Notes under the pieces: model-generated | What the model was told of the DNA's origin: nothing | Database searches by the model: none | What the model saw: the letters and a program-made list of their open reading frames with translations, nothing else | Translations under genes and position numbers: made by a program | Shown here: in pieces, positions 1 to 9,726 of the stretch | Layout: each line of letters begins with the position of its first letter | Numbering within the stretch: the stretch's first letter is position 1 | NCBI GenBank assembly: GCA_963730185.1 | Contig: CAVSQW010000008.1 | Span: 448,001 to 512,000, forward strand | Source of the DNA: an uncultured Gemmatimonadales bacterium | GTDB lineage: Bacteria; Gemmatimonadota; Gemmatimonadetes; Gemmatimonadales; GWC2-71-9 | Length of the DNA: 64,000 nucleotides | Direction of reading: 5' to 3'

Positions 1-231
1 ATCGACTTCTTCAAGACCCGGAACGCCGAGAACGTCATGCGGGGGCTTCGTGAGGTCTTCTACCGAAGTGATCTGGATGGGCGCGAGGCGCGCCTGCTGC
101 GGGCCATGGCGCTCGAGACGGTCCATTTTCTCACCCGCCAGGGAGTTGCCGTCGAGCTGCCGCCGGAACTGGCCCGGCCGGGTGGGTCGGGGCTGGGCGG
201 GCCGGCCGAGGAGGCCGGGAATGCCGACTAG
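1..231 (+). CDS. 3' end of a probable TrmJ/LasT-family RNA methyltransferase (partial, runs off the window start)
   Basis: Frame +1 from base 1 reads IDFFKTRNAENVMRGLREVFYRSDLDGREARLLRAMALE, which resembles the C-terminal helical domain of TrmJ-type SPOUT methyltransferases. The catalytic domain is not visible. Confidence 0.55.
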   Translation: MDFFKTRNAENVMRGLREVFYRSDLDGREARLLRAMALETVHFLTRQGVAVELPPELARPGGSGLGGPAEEAGNAD

Positions 232-343
232 TTTGCTCTGCTTTGCCGGCGGGGGCGCCGCCTTGTCAGAGCGGGGCTCAGCTTTATTATTCCGTCGGCC
301 GTTGCGCCTTGGCGCGACAGCACTTGCGGTGTTTCTCCCGTTA

Positions 344-361
344 TCGTGAAACATTTCACAT
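344..361. promoter_or_regulatory. Rex-like (also CRP/FNR-like) operator upstream of the act operon
   Basis: TCGTGAA-ACAT-TTCACAT has two mismatches to TTGTGAA-N4-TTCACAA and lies about 40 bp upstream of the actA ATG in an AT-rich patch. Confidence 0.6.
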
Positions 362-398
362 ATTGCCAGCCACCTCAAGGATTGGCGGGACCCAACGC

Positions 399-995
399 AT
401 GCGAAAGCTTCTCGCCGTCACGGTTGTGACCCTGGTCGGGGTTGGGGCAGCCGTCCTAATGCTGAGCGGCGCGACTGTGGCAGAGCAGCAGACCTCGACG
501 GCCGTCCCCGACTCGGTGGCGGCGACCAAGCTGACGGTCGCCGACTCGGGCTCGCTCAAGGGGCCGCGCCAGCCGATCTTCTTCCGGCACGACATTCACG
601 CCGGCCAGTACAAGATCCAGTGCCAGTACTGTCACTACTCGGTCGAGTACACGACCGAGCCGGGCATCCCGTCGATGCAGACCTGCATGGGATGCCATCT
701 CGCCGTGGGGAGCGCCGACAGCGCCAACCTCACCGAGATCCGGAAGCTCCGGAAGGCATGGACGGCGAAGGAGCCGGTGCAGTGGACCCGGGTGCACACC
801 CTGGCCAAGCACGTCCACTTCCCGCACATGCGTCACATCAAGGTGCTTGGCCCCAATGCGTGCCAGACCTGCCACGGCGACGTGGCCCGGATGCCGCAGG
901 TCTTCAAGGTGAACAACATCAACAACATGGGCTTCTGCATCTCGTGTCACCTGGAGCGGAAGGTCAACCGGGACTGCACGGCATGCCATTACTGA
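399..995 (+). CDS. actA: Alternative complex III pentaheme cytochrome c subunit
   Basis: N-terminal hydrophobic anchor MRKLLAVTVV; five CxxCH motifs (CQYCH, CMGCH, CQTCH, CISCH, CTACH); QPIFFRHDIH and HVHFPHMRH cytochrome c3/c7-type motifs; first gene of the act cluster. Confidence 0.9.
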   Translation: MRKLLAVTVVTLVGVGAAVLMLSGATVAEQQTSTAVPDSVAATKLTVADSGSLKGPRQPIFFRHDIHAGQYKIQCQYCHYSVEYTTEPGIPSMQTCMGCHLAVGSADSANLTEIRKLRKAWTAKEPVQWTRVHTLAKHVHFPHMRHIKVLGPNACQTCHGDVARMPQVFKVNNINNMGFCISCHLERKVNRDCTACHY

Positions 996-1080
996 CGGTG
1001 ACCGGCGCCGGCGCGACGGACGCGAGCGTCGACCCGCGCCCTCCCCTCACCGACCACGTCACGGAGCAGGGACACCACTC

Positions 1081-4074
1081 ATGAGTGACGATCCAACGCG
1101 CGTCGACCGTCGCCGCTTCCTCAAGGTCCTCGGGGTTTCCGGGGCCGGGGCGGCGGCGCTCTCCGGCTGCTCGACGGACAAGGTTCAAAAGCTGATTCCC
1201 TACCTGGTGCAGTCGGAGGACCAGGTCCCCGGGATTCCGACCTACTACGCCTCGACCTGTACCGAGTGCGCCACCGGCTGCGGGCTTCACGTGAAGACCC
1301 GCGAGGGCCGGGCCATCAAGCTCGAGGGCAACCCCGAGCATCCGGTCAACGCGGGCACGATGTGCGCCCGGGGCGAGGCGTCGCTCCAGGGACTCTACAA
1401 CCCGGATCGCCTCCGCTTCCCGATGGCCCGGAATGCCGCCGGCGAGATGGCCGAGATCCTCTGGGACGAAGGGATCGATCGCTTAGCCGCCGCGATCAAG
1501 GCCGCACCCGGACGCGTGGCGGTGGTGAGCGGGGCGGGGCGGGGCAGCTTCGACGACCTCCTCGGACAGTTCGTCCAAGCCGCCGGCGGCCGTCTGGTCC
1601 GCTACGAGGCCTTCGATCACGAGGCGATCCGGGCGGCCAACCAGCGGGTGTTCGGCACCGGTGAGTTGCCGGCGCACGACTTCACCAAGGCCCGCTACAT
1701 CCTGTCGTTCGGGGCCGACTTCCTCGAGACCTGGCTCGCCCCGATCGAGAATCAGCGGGGCTTCGCCCAGTCGCACGGCTTCGATGGCTCGATGGCCAAG
1801 AGTGTCTACGTCGGCCCTCGGATGTCGCTGACCGGCATGAACGCCGACGAGTGGATCAGCCCGAAGCCGGGCTCGGAGGCGTCGCTGGCGCTCGGGTTGG
1901 CCAACGCCGTCGCCAATACCCGCTCCTCGCTGCCGCCTGATGCCGGCATGCTGCGCCCGATGCTCGCGGCCTACACGGTCGACCGGGTGGCCGCCGACAC
2001 CGGCCTGACTCCGGAGCGGGTCCGGCGCCTGTTCGACGAGTTCGCGACGGTCGAGCCGACCCTCGCGGTCGCGGGTGGCCTGGCCGGTCAGCACCGCCAG
2101 GCGATCGAGCTCTGCGCCGCGGTCAACATCCTGAACTACGTGGCCGGCAACGTCGGCCAGACAGTGCTCTTCGGCCCGGCCCTGGCCGGCGGCGACGGCT
2201 ACGGCGCCATGCTCGATCTCCAGCGCGCCCTGGCCGCCGGCGAGATCGACGTGCTCATCGTCCACGAAGCCAACCCGGTCTTCAGCCTGCCGGCGAGCAG
2301 CGGCTTCAAGGATGCGATGGGCAAGGTCAAGCTCGCCGTCTCGACCTCGCTCTTCCTGGACGAGACGGCCGCCGCCTCGAGCCTCCTCCTGCCTAACCTC
2401 CACTCGCTCGAGCGCTGGGACGACGCCCGCCCGCGGGCCGGCGTGCACGGCCTGATGCAGCCGGTCATGGAGCCGGTCTTCAAGAACATGGCGACCGGTG
2501 ACCTGCTGCTCGCCGTGGCCAAGAAAGCCGGCCTGGGCGGGCTCGACGCGGCCTCCTACGAAGCCCACCTCAAGTCGGTCTGGGCGGCGTTCGCCCGGTC
2601 CCGCGGGGTGAGCGATACGATCGGCTTCTGGCGGCAGGCCCTGATGAAGGGCGGCGTCTACGACGCGGTGCCGGCCCAGCCGGTCCGGCTCGCCTCGGGG
2701 GCGGCCACCGTCGACGCCTCGGCCCCGAGCCTCGATGGCGACGGCGAGTTCGTGTTCGTCCCCGCCGCCACCTCGATGTACTACGACGGCCGAGGCGCCA
2801 ATCGTCCTTGGCTGCTCGAGAATCCCGACCCGGTCACCAAGATCACCTGGGGCTCCTGGGTCGAGGTCCATCCCGAGACCGCCGCCCGGCTCGACGTCCG
2901 GGAGGGCGAGATCGTCCGGGTCACGTCGCCTCACGGGGCCTTCGAGGCTCCGGTCTACGTCTACCCCGGGCTCCGGCCCGACGTGGTGTCGGCCCCGCTC
3001 GGCCTCGGCCACACCGAATACGGCCAGTGGGCCAAGGGACGGGGCGCCAACGCCCTCGACGTCCTCGGCGCCGCCGACGGCAACGGCTTCCTGCCCTACG
3101 TCGCCACCAAGGTGCAGGTCACCAAGACCGGCGGCTACAAGAAGCTGGCCAAGACCGAGGGCAACACCCGTGAGCTCGGCCGCCACATCACCGAGACCAT
3201 GAGCGTTGCCGCGGCGACCAAGGGCCTCACCGTCGAGCAGGCCTATCGCGAAGCGGGCGGCGAGATCCACGAGCTCAACACCGAGAAGGAGCTCGAAGCG
3301 CTCCACGGCTTCCGCGAGTCGCAGCTCGAAGGCCGGAAGCTCGGGGCCTATGCCCAAGACTTTCCCCAGTGGGGCCTGGTCGTCGATCTGGCTCGCTGCA
3401 CCGGGTGCTCGGCCTGCGTCACCGCGTGCTACGCCGAGAACAACATCCCCTGGGTGGGTGAGGCCGACGTTCTGAAGGGCCGCGAGCTCAGCTGGATGCG
3501 GGTCGAGCGGTACTTCCACGGCGGCGAGGGCGACGAGCCGTTCTCGGCTCGCGTCATTCCGGTCATGTGCCAGCAGTGCGACAACGCGCCCTGCGAACCG
3601 GTCTGCCCGGTCTACGCCGCCTATCACACCGCCGACGGCCTGAACGGCCAGGTCTACAATCGGTGCGTGGGCACCCGGTACTGCGCCAACAACTGCCCCT
3701 ACAAGGTCCGCTACTTCAACTGGTATCCCTTCGCCCGACGGGCGTTCCAGGAGCCGCTGAACCTGCAGCTCAACCCGGACGTCACGGTCCGAGCCCGCGG
3801 GATCATGGAGAAGTGCACTTTCTGTATCCAGCGGATCCGCGGGGCGCAGAACACCGCCCGCCTCGAGGATCGGCCGCTCCAGGACGGCGACGTCATCACG
3901 GCCTGTGCCCAGGCCTGTCCGTCGGGGGCGATCACCTTCGGCAACGTCAAGGACCCGACCAGTCGGGTGAACAAGGCGATGAAGAACCACCGAGGCTATC
4001 ACGTGCTCGAGGAGATCAACGTGCGACCGGCGGTGACGTATCTCGCCAAGGTCCTCGACCGGACGGAGGCCTGA
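1081..4074 (+). CDS. actB: Alternative complex III ActB (molybdopterin-oxidoreductase-like domain fused to a ferredoxin domain)
   Basis: Tat motif DRRRFLK followed by ALSGC; C-terminal Fe-S motifs CTGCSACVTAC, CQQCDNAPCEPVCP, CVGTRYCANNCP and CTFC...CAQACP. Confidence 0.93.
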   Translation: MSDDPTRVDRRRFLKVLGVSGAGAAALSGCSTDKVQKLIPYLVQSEDQVPGIPTYYASTCTECATGCGLHVKTREGRAIKLEGNPEHPVNAGTMCARGEASLQGLYNPDRLRFPMARNAAGEMAEILWDEGIDRLAAAIKAAPGRVAVVSGAGRGSFDDLLGQFVQAAGGRLVRYEAFDHEAIRAANQRVFGTGELPAHDFTKARYILSFGADFLETWLAPIENQRGFAQSHGFDGSMAKSVYVGPRMSLTGMNADEWISPKPGSEASLALGLANAVANTRSSLPPDAGMLRPMLAAYTVDRVAADTGLTPERVRRLFDEFATVEPTLAVAGGLAGQHRQAIELCAAVNILNYVAGNVGQTVLFGPALAGGDGYGAMLDLQRALAAGEIDVLIVHEANPVFSLPASSGFKDAMGKVKLAVSTSLFLDETAAASSLLLPNLHSLERWDDARPRAGVHGLMQPVMEPVFKNMATGDLLLAVAKKAGLGGLDAASYEAHLKSVWAAFARSRGVSDTIGFWRQALMKGGVYDAVPAQPVRLASGAATVDASAPSLDGDGEFVFVPAATSMYYDGRGANRPWLLENPDPVTKITWGSWVEVHPETAARLDVREGEIVRVTSPHGAFEAPVYVYPGLRPDVVSAPLGLGHTEYGQWAKGRGANALDVLGAADGNGFLPYVATKVQVTKTGGYKKLAKTEGNTRELGRHITETMSVAAATKGLTVEQAYREAGGEIHELNTEKELEALHGFRESQLEGRKLGAYAQDFPQWGLVVDLARCTGCSACVTACYAENNIPWVGEADVLKGRELSWMRVERYFHGGEGDEPFSARVIPVMCQQCDNAPCEPVCPVYAAYHTADGLNGQVYNRCVGTRYCANNCPYKVRYFNWYPFARRAFQEPLNLQLNPDVTVRARGIMEKCTFCIQRIRGAQNTARLEDRPLQDGDVITACAQACPSGAITFGNVKDPTSRVNKAMKNHRGYHVLEEINVRPAVTYLAKVLDRTEA

Positions 4075-4077
4075 GCC

Positions 4078-5427
4078 ATGACCGCCATTGCCCAGGATCC
4101 GGCCCGCCCCAATCTGACCCACGCCGAGGTCACCCGGGACGTCGTCGCAACGCTCCAGACCCCGAGCCGCGGCTACTACCTGGCTCTCGCCACCGCGATC
4201 GGGATGCTCCTCGTCGGCGCGGTGACCTTCGTCCTGCTGCTCAAGGACGGCTTGGGGCTCGCCGGCTACAACCCGCCGGTCTTCTGGTCGGTGTACATCA
4301 CCAACTTCGTCTTCTGGGTCGGCATCGGTCACGCCGGCACATTGATCTCGGCGATCCTCTATCTTTTCCGATCGCCCTGGCGAACGGCGGTGTACCGGTC
4401 GACGGAGGCCATGACGGTCTTCGCGGTCATGACGGCCGGCCTCTTCCCGATCATCCACATCGGGCGCCAGTGGATCTTCTACTGGCTGCTGCCCTATCCC
4501 AACCAGCGGTTCCTCTGGCCCAACTTCAAGTCGCCCCTGATCTGGGACGTCTTCGCCATCGGGACCTACCTCACCGTCTCGACCACGTTCCTCTGTGTCG
4601 GGTTGGTGCCCGACATCGCGGCGGTCCGTGACAAGGTCTCTGGATGGCGGCGGAAGCTCTACGGCGCCCTCTCGATCGGCTGGACCGGCGCCGACAGCCA
4701 GTGGCGCCACTATACCCGCGGCTACCTCTACCTGGCCGCGCTGGCCACGCCCCTGGTGCTCTCGGTCCACTCGGTGGTGTCCTGGGATTTCGCCATGGGG
4801 CTCGTGCCCGGCTGGCACGGGACCATCTTCGCGCCCTACTTCGTGGCCGGCGCGATCTACTCGGGCATCGGGATGGTGCTCACCCTGATCATCCCGCTCC
4901 GGAAGGTGCTCAAGATCGAGCACCTCCTGACTGACTACCACTTCGACAATCTGGCCAAGCTGACGCTGCTCACCGGATCGATCTTGTTCTACTCCTACGG
5001 GATGGAATACTTCGTCTCCTGGTACAGCGGGAACACCTTCGAGCAAACCGCCTTCTTCCGCCGGGCGTTCGGTCCGCAGTGGTGGGGCGGCTGGTCGATG
5101 ATCATCTGCAACGCGTTCGTGTCCCAGCTGCTCTGGTTCAAGAAGATCCGGACCAATCTCACGTCGCTCTTCGTGATCTCGATCTTCATCAACATCGGGA
5201 TGTGGTTCGAGCGCTACGTGATCATCACCTCGTCGCTGTCCAACGATTTCGTACCGTACGCCTGGGGTCAGTTGAATCCGACCTGGGCCGACTGGGGCAT
5301 TCTGATCGGGTCGTTCGGGTGGTTCGGGATGTACTTCCTGATGTTCGCCCGGACCTTCCCCGTGGTGGCGATCCAGGAGATCAAGGAGATGATTCCGATG
5401 CCGCGCCGCAGGAAGGGGGCGCACTGA
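4078..5427 (+). CDS. actC: Alternative complex III ActC, NrfD/PsrC-family quinol-binding membrane subunit
   Basis: Hallmarks ITNFVFWVGIGHAGTLISAIL, SPLIWDVFAI, LVLSVHSVVSWDFA and GMWFERYVII. Confidence 0.95.
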   Translation: MTAIAQDPARPNLTHAEVTRDVVATLQTPSRGYYLALATAIGMLLVGAVTFVLLLKDGLGLAGYNPPVFWSVYITNFVFWVGIGHAGTLISAILYLFRSPWRTAVYRSTEAMTVFAVMTAGLFPIIHIGRQWIFYWLLPYPNQRFLWPNFKSPLIWDVFAIGTYLTVSTTFLCVGLVPDIAAVRDKVSGWRRKLYGALSIGWTGADSQWRHYTRGYLYLAALATPLVLSVHSVVSWDFAMGLVPGWHGTIFAPYFVAGAIYSGIGMVLTLIIPLRKVLKIEHLLTDYHFDNLAKLTLLTGSILFYSYGMEYFVSWYSGNTFEQTAFFRRAFGPQWWGGWSMIICNAFVSQLLWFKKIRTNLTSLFVISIFINIGMWFERYVIITSSLSNDFVPYAWGQLNPTWADWGILIGSFGWFGMYFLMFARTFPVVAIQEIKEMIPMPRRRKGAH

Positions 5428-5939
5428 TGGCCAAATCCGAAACCGGCGTGCTCGCGTCCTTCGTCTACGAGGACTCGGCCGTCGAAGCGATCAAGGGACT
5501 CAAGTCCAAGGGGTTCCGCGATCTGACGGTCTACTCGGCCGCGCCGAATCACCATCTCGAGGAGGCGCTCGACCAGCCGATCAGCTGGGTCCGTGCCTTC
5601 ACCCTGGTCGGTGGCCTGACTGGCTGCAGCGCCGGCTTTGGGATGACGATCTGGATGTCCCGCGACTGGCCCCTCTTGGTCGGCGGTAAGGCCATCGCGG
5701 CCATCCCGCCCTACGTGGTGCTCGCCTTCGAGCTCACGATTCTCTATGGTGCCATGTTCACGGTGCTCGGCATCGTCGTCCTCTCGGCACTCAAATCACT
5801 CAGGGGCCGACCCTTCCGGCCGTCCTTCAGCGACGACCAGATCGGAATCTTCGTGCCCTGCCGGCTCGATCAGCGCGCCGACGTTCACCGGTTCCTGGAG
5901 CAGGTGGGCTCGGAGGAGGTGTCGGACCATGGCGCGTAA
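5427..5939 (+). CDS. actD: Alternative complex III ActD (DUF3341)
   Basis: Starts MAKSETGV, overlapping the actC stop (TGATG); two TM segments; WPLLVGGK and FELTIL motifs. Confidence 0.9.
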   Translation: MAKSETGVLASFVYEDSAVEAIKGLKSKGFRDLTVYSAAPNHHLEEALDQPISWVRAFTLVGGLTGCSAGFGMTIWMSRDWPLLVGGKAIAAIPPYVVLAFELTILYGAMFTVLGIVVLSALKSLRGRPFRPSFSDDQIGIFVPCRLDQRADVHRFLEQVGSEEVSDHGA

Positions 5940-6525
5940 GCCTTCCCGCTGGCTCGCCGGGCTGGCCTTGCTGTCATTGGCCGGCTGTAACTGGTACTAC
6001 AACACCCTCCCGTCGCCGGACGATCTGATGAAGCTCGTCCCGTGGTTCGACTTCATGGTCACCTCGCCCCGGGTCTCACCCTACCAGAGTGACTCGGTGC
6101 CCCGGAACACGGTGCCGGGCACCGTGCCGATCACCGGGGGCGAGCCGGATTGGGGCACCGGAAACGTGTCGATGCTGGTCTATGCCTTCGACACGCTGGC
6201 GGCCAATGCCCTCACCAACCCGCTGCCGCCGGGTCGCCTGGCCGCTCGGGGAGATACCGTTTTCCATACCTTCTGCTCGGCCTGTCACGGCAACACCGGC
6301 GCCGGTGACGGCTTGGTCGGCAAGCGGATGGGGGCACTGTCGCTCCTCACCGACAAGGCCAAGGCCTACAGCGATGGCTATCTCTACAGCATCATCCGCT
6401 ACGGACGGGGCGTCATGCCGCGGTATGGGGACAAGATCTTCCGCTTCGACGAGCGCTGGGCGGTCGTGAACTACGTCCGCAAGCTGCAGGGGCGCGCGCC
6501 GGCGTCCCAGGGAGCGGCCCAATGA
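5929..6525 (+). CDS. actE: Alternative complex III ActE, monoheme cytochrome c lipoprotein
   Basis: Lipobox LAGC; PGTVP motif; single CSACH; GRGVMPRY distal Met; ERWAVVNYVRKLQ. Confidence 0.9.
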   Translation: MARKPSRWLAGLALLSLAGCNWYYNTLPSPDDLMKLVPWFDFMVTSPRVSPYQSDSVPRNTVPGTVPITGGEPDWGTGNVSMLVYAFDTLAANALTNPLPPGRLAARGDTVFHTFCSACHGNTGAGDGLVGKRMGALSLLTDKAKAYSDGYLYSIIRYGRGVMPRYGDKIFRFDERWAVVNYVRKLQGRAPASQGAAQ

Positions 6526-7869
6526 GCACCGCCGAACTTCGCCAGCGCCTCATCGCCCGCGGCAACGCCGGGAGCTACAACCTGTTCTTCTCGCTGGGTG
6601 TGGTCCTGGCGGTGGTCGGGGCCGCGCTCTTCGGGTGGGCCCTGATGGGCGGGGAGCATGCCGATCGGGCCTGGCAGCTGTTCCACGTCAATTGGCTCTT
6701 CTTCACCAGTCTCTCGGGCGGCAGTCTCGCGCTCGTGGCGGTCCACAAGCTGGCCAACGCCAAATGGTCCGGGGTGATCATTCGGCTGGCGGCGGCCAAC
6801 CTGTTCTTCACCGTGGTCTCCGTCCTCGGCTTGGTGGCCATCTTCACCGTTGGCTACCAGCCGATCTTCGGACCCATGCACGAGCAGCTCCATACCCTGT
6901 CGCCGGGCAAGGCCCTCTGGCTCAGCCACGGCTTCATGTTCGGTCGGCTGCTGGTCGGCCTGCTGGTGCTCTACGGGATCGGCTGGGCGCTGATCCGGGC
7001 CGACATGGTGCCCGACATGCACCTGGCGCTCGGTTCGGTCGGGGACGACCGGCGGGCTCGGTACGAGCAGCTGACCCGGGGGTTCGACGGCTCGGACGCC
7101 GCCCGGGCGGCGCAACACGCCAAGATCAACCGGCTGGCCGGCTTCTTCATCCCGGTCTACGCGTTGGTTTTCACCATGGTCGCCTTCGACGGCATCATGG
7201 CGCTCCAGCCGCACTGGTACTCGAATCTGCTGGGCGGTTTCTTCTTCATGGGCGCGTTCCTTGGCGCCCACATGCTCCTGGTGCTCCTGATGATCTACGG
7301 GCGCCGCCATCTCGGGATCGCCGATCTGGTGAGCTCCAAGCAGCGCCACGACCTCGGCAAGCTCTGCTTCGGCTTCACGGTCTTCTGGGCCTATCTGATG
7401 TGGTCGCAGTTCCTGGTGATCTGGTACGGGAACATGCCCGAGGAGACCGGCTTCGTCTTCGCGCGGCTCTGGGGGCCATGGATGCCGATCGGCCGGTGGG
7501 TGTTGCTCGGCATGTTCGTCATTCCCTTCTGGGGTCTCTTGTTCGTGGTCGCCAAGAAGACGCCGCTTACTCTGGGACTCTTTGCGACGGTGAGCCTGGT
7601 GTCGCTCTGGATCGAGCGGTACCTCCTGGTGCTGCCGACCGTGACGCCGATGCCGGGCCCGGTGTTCGGTCTGCCCGAGCTGGGACCGACCCTGCTCCTG
7701 GGCGGGCTCTTCCTGGCCTGCTACGCCCTCTTTGCCCGGCGGTATCCGATGATCTCGCCCCAGGCTGGCGGAGATCACCCTGGCGAAGGAAATGAGCCAC
7801 GGCGAAGGCGACCTCGAGCACGAGGAGCGCGCCGGCGACTATGCTCACCCGAAGGAGCTGGAGGCGTGA
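6522..7869 (+). CDS. actF: Alternative complex III ActF membrane subunit (probable +1 indel near 7760)
   Basis: Polytopic protein with PHWYSNLLG, HDLGKLCFGF and WSQFLVIWYGNMPEET. Removing one C from the run at about 7758-7761 gives the tail PRLAEITLAKEMSHGEGDLEHEE...ELEA* ending at 7869. The uncorrected ORF ends at 7892. Confidence 0.88.
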
Positions 7870-7871
7870 AG

Positions 7872-8045
7872 GTAGTGACTGGTGATTCGTGACTGGTGAC
7901 TAGGGGGTGAGTGGGCGGTAGGGAGTAAGGGGCGGAGGGGGTAGAGGCAACGACCAGGGGGTGGTGAATCGGAAGATCCGACTCACCACCCCCTATTCAC
8001 GACTCCCCACTCCCTCCCTAGTCACGACTCCCCACTCACTAATCT
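7872..8045. repeat. Low-complexity intergenic element with a G-rich left arm, C-rich right arm and central hairpin, between convergent genes
   Basis: Short GTGACTG-type tandem units; hairpin AGGGGGTGGTGA(7956-7967)/TCACCACCCCCT(7983-7994); duplicated TCACGACTCCCCACTC. Confidence 0.65.
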
Positions 8046-8067
8046 CTATTATCCCGAGAGGCCCGGC

Positions 8068-9108
8068 TCAGTCGCGCAGATCGATCTGTTGCGCCAAGGC
8101 GTTGAGGGAATCGGCCGGGAAGCTGCCGGTTACGGCCAGGATCCGGAGACCGCGCCTGGTGCCGCCCTTCCCATCGGAGAGGTAATCGGGAGGCGTGAAG
8201 CTCGCCGCGCTGCTGTTGAGGCGACGACCGGCGCCTTTCGCGACCAGCGCCTCGACCCGCTCGAACGGTCCCTCGATGGTTCGAATCACCCCACCGGCCG
8301 GATGCTGTTGCGAGACGACGACGATCGGTCGCTCGTCATCGGACGCGCGTTGGATCTGGACGTCGAGGACCGTCAATCCGTTGACGTACGGTACGTTCCC
8401 GCCGGTGAGCGCCTGAGCCTCCTGCCAGTCGACCGATTGCCAGAGTCCCTCGAACGGGACCGGGGGCTCGTCGTCGGCGGGGCTCAGGGAGGTCACTTGT
8501 ACCGCGACCGGGGTGGCGGTCACTCGGGGATCGCGGGGCGGGGCGGCCGCGAGTTGGACGCCGGGCGCGGCGTCGGCATGGACCACCGGCGGCTGCTGGG
8601 CGGGTGATGCCTGGCCGCGGAGCGCGTTGCTGTCGCTGGCCACCTGGATCGGGGTGACCGCGGTCAAGGTCCGCTCGGCTGGCTGCGCGGGTTCCGTGAC
8701 CGTCTGGGCCGCCATGTCCGTCTGGTCGGCGGCGGCCGAGGCGCGAAGGGCGCCCCGAGCCAGCCAACCGGCCGCGATGGCGCCGATCAAACTCGCCGCG
8801 ACCAGCGTGCCCTGAAGCAATCGGGTCCGGACCTGGCGCCGGTGGACGGCGATGGCCCGGCCCCGAGCGCGGAGTTGCTCCAGCGGCGGTGGCAGAATGA
8901 CCGACCGCGGCGTCGTCTCGGCGAGCAACGCCGTGACCCGGTCGCGAGCGGCAGCCACCTGATCGCGCTCCACGGCGCATCGGTGGCACTCCGCCAAGTG
9001 ACACTCGATCTCCACGCACTGAGAGCGGCTCAGTGCCTGGTCGAGGTACGCGTGGAGTTCGTCCTCAGGAATGTGCCGAGCGTTGTCGGCCGAAATCCAT
9101 CCGGTCAT
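8068..9108 (-). CDS. Zinc-binding (zf-HC2) anti-sigma factor with TM helix and extracytoplasmic domain
   Basis: HIPEDELHAYLD...HLAECHRC ZAS motif; TM segment; immediately downstream of an ECF sigma gene. Confidence 0.85.
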   Translation of the reverse strand: MTGWISADNARHIPEDELHAYLDQALSRSQCVEIECHLAECHRCAVERDQVAAARDRVTALLAETTPRSVILPPPLEQLRARGRAIAVHRRQVRTRLLQGTLVAASLIGAIAAGWLARGALRASAAADQTDMAAQTVTEPAQPAERTLTAVTPIQVASDSNALRGQASPAQQPPVVHADAAPGVQLAAAPPRDPRVTATPVAVQVTSLSPADDEPPVPFEGLWQSVDWQEAQALTGGNVPYVNGLTVLDVQIQRASDDERPIVVVSQQHPAGGVIRTIEGPFERVEALVAKGAGRRLNSSAASFTPPDYLSDGKGGTRRGLRILAVTGSFPADSLNALAQQIDLRD

Positions 9109-9580
9109 AAGCCTCAAGAAGTCGCTTGCGAGCCCGCGCCAAGGTGGTCCCGATCGCTCCAACAGCCAGGCCCGTCTGCTCCGCGATTTCGGGGTAGCTG
9201 AGTCCGGCGTCCCACAACAACAACACTTCCTTATCGCGCGCGGAGAGGGTCTCGAGCGCTTCGTTTACCTGCTCGCGGCGCTCCTGATCCTCCACCGCCT
9301 CGTGCGCCCCGGTATTCGGGGTCGAAAGCGGCACCGGGTCGTTGGCGAGCAGCGTCAGATGCTTCTTGCGCCTGACCGCGGCCCTCGCCTCGTCCCGCGC
9401 CAAATTGGCGGCCACGGCGAACACCCAGGCCCGGGGCTTCTCAGGATTATGAGCCATGGCTCGGATGAAGACCTCCTGCGCGAGGTCTTCGGCCCGATCG
9501 GCGTCCCAGACCTTACGGTACAGGAAGCGCACCACAGCGGAATACGTCGATTTGTAGAGGCGCTCCAGCTCGTCGGTCAT
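9065..9580 (-). CDS. ECF-type RNA polymerase sigma factor
   Basis: Region 2 (AEDLAQEVF, WVFAVAANLARD) and region 4 (GLSYPEIAEQTG...GTTLARAR). Confidence 0.93.
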   Translation of the reverse strand: MTDELERLYKSTYSAVVRFLYRKVWDADRAEDLAQEVFIRAMAHNPEKPRAWVFAVAANLARDEARAAVRRKKHLTLLANDPVPLSTPNTGAHEAVEDQERREQVNEALETLSARDKEVLLLWDAGLSYPEIAEQTGLAVGAIGTTLARARKRLLEAYDRMDFGRQRSAHS

Positions 9581-9726
9581 TCGGTTCCTCCGGCGGTCGG
9601 CGTCTCGCAGACAACTGAGGGGACGCGTCTCGGGCGGCCGCCTTGCACATCAACGACTTACGGTCCTGCTTGAGCCGGATTTTCGGTCCCATCGCCGGCC
9701 GACCCGATCTAGCCGTGATTCTGTAA

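Noticed and set aside
1483..5424. 1313-aa minus-strand ORF, and similar long antisense ORFs (16713-19211, 19332-21650, 43639-45870, 53883-56504)
   Set aside because: These are shadow ORFs opposite well-supported genes. High-GC codon bias removes stops, and they show no recognisable motifs.
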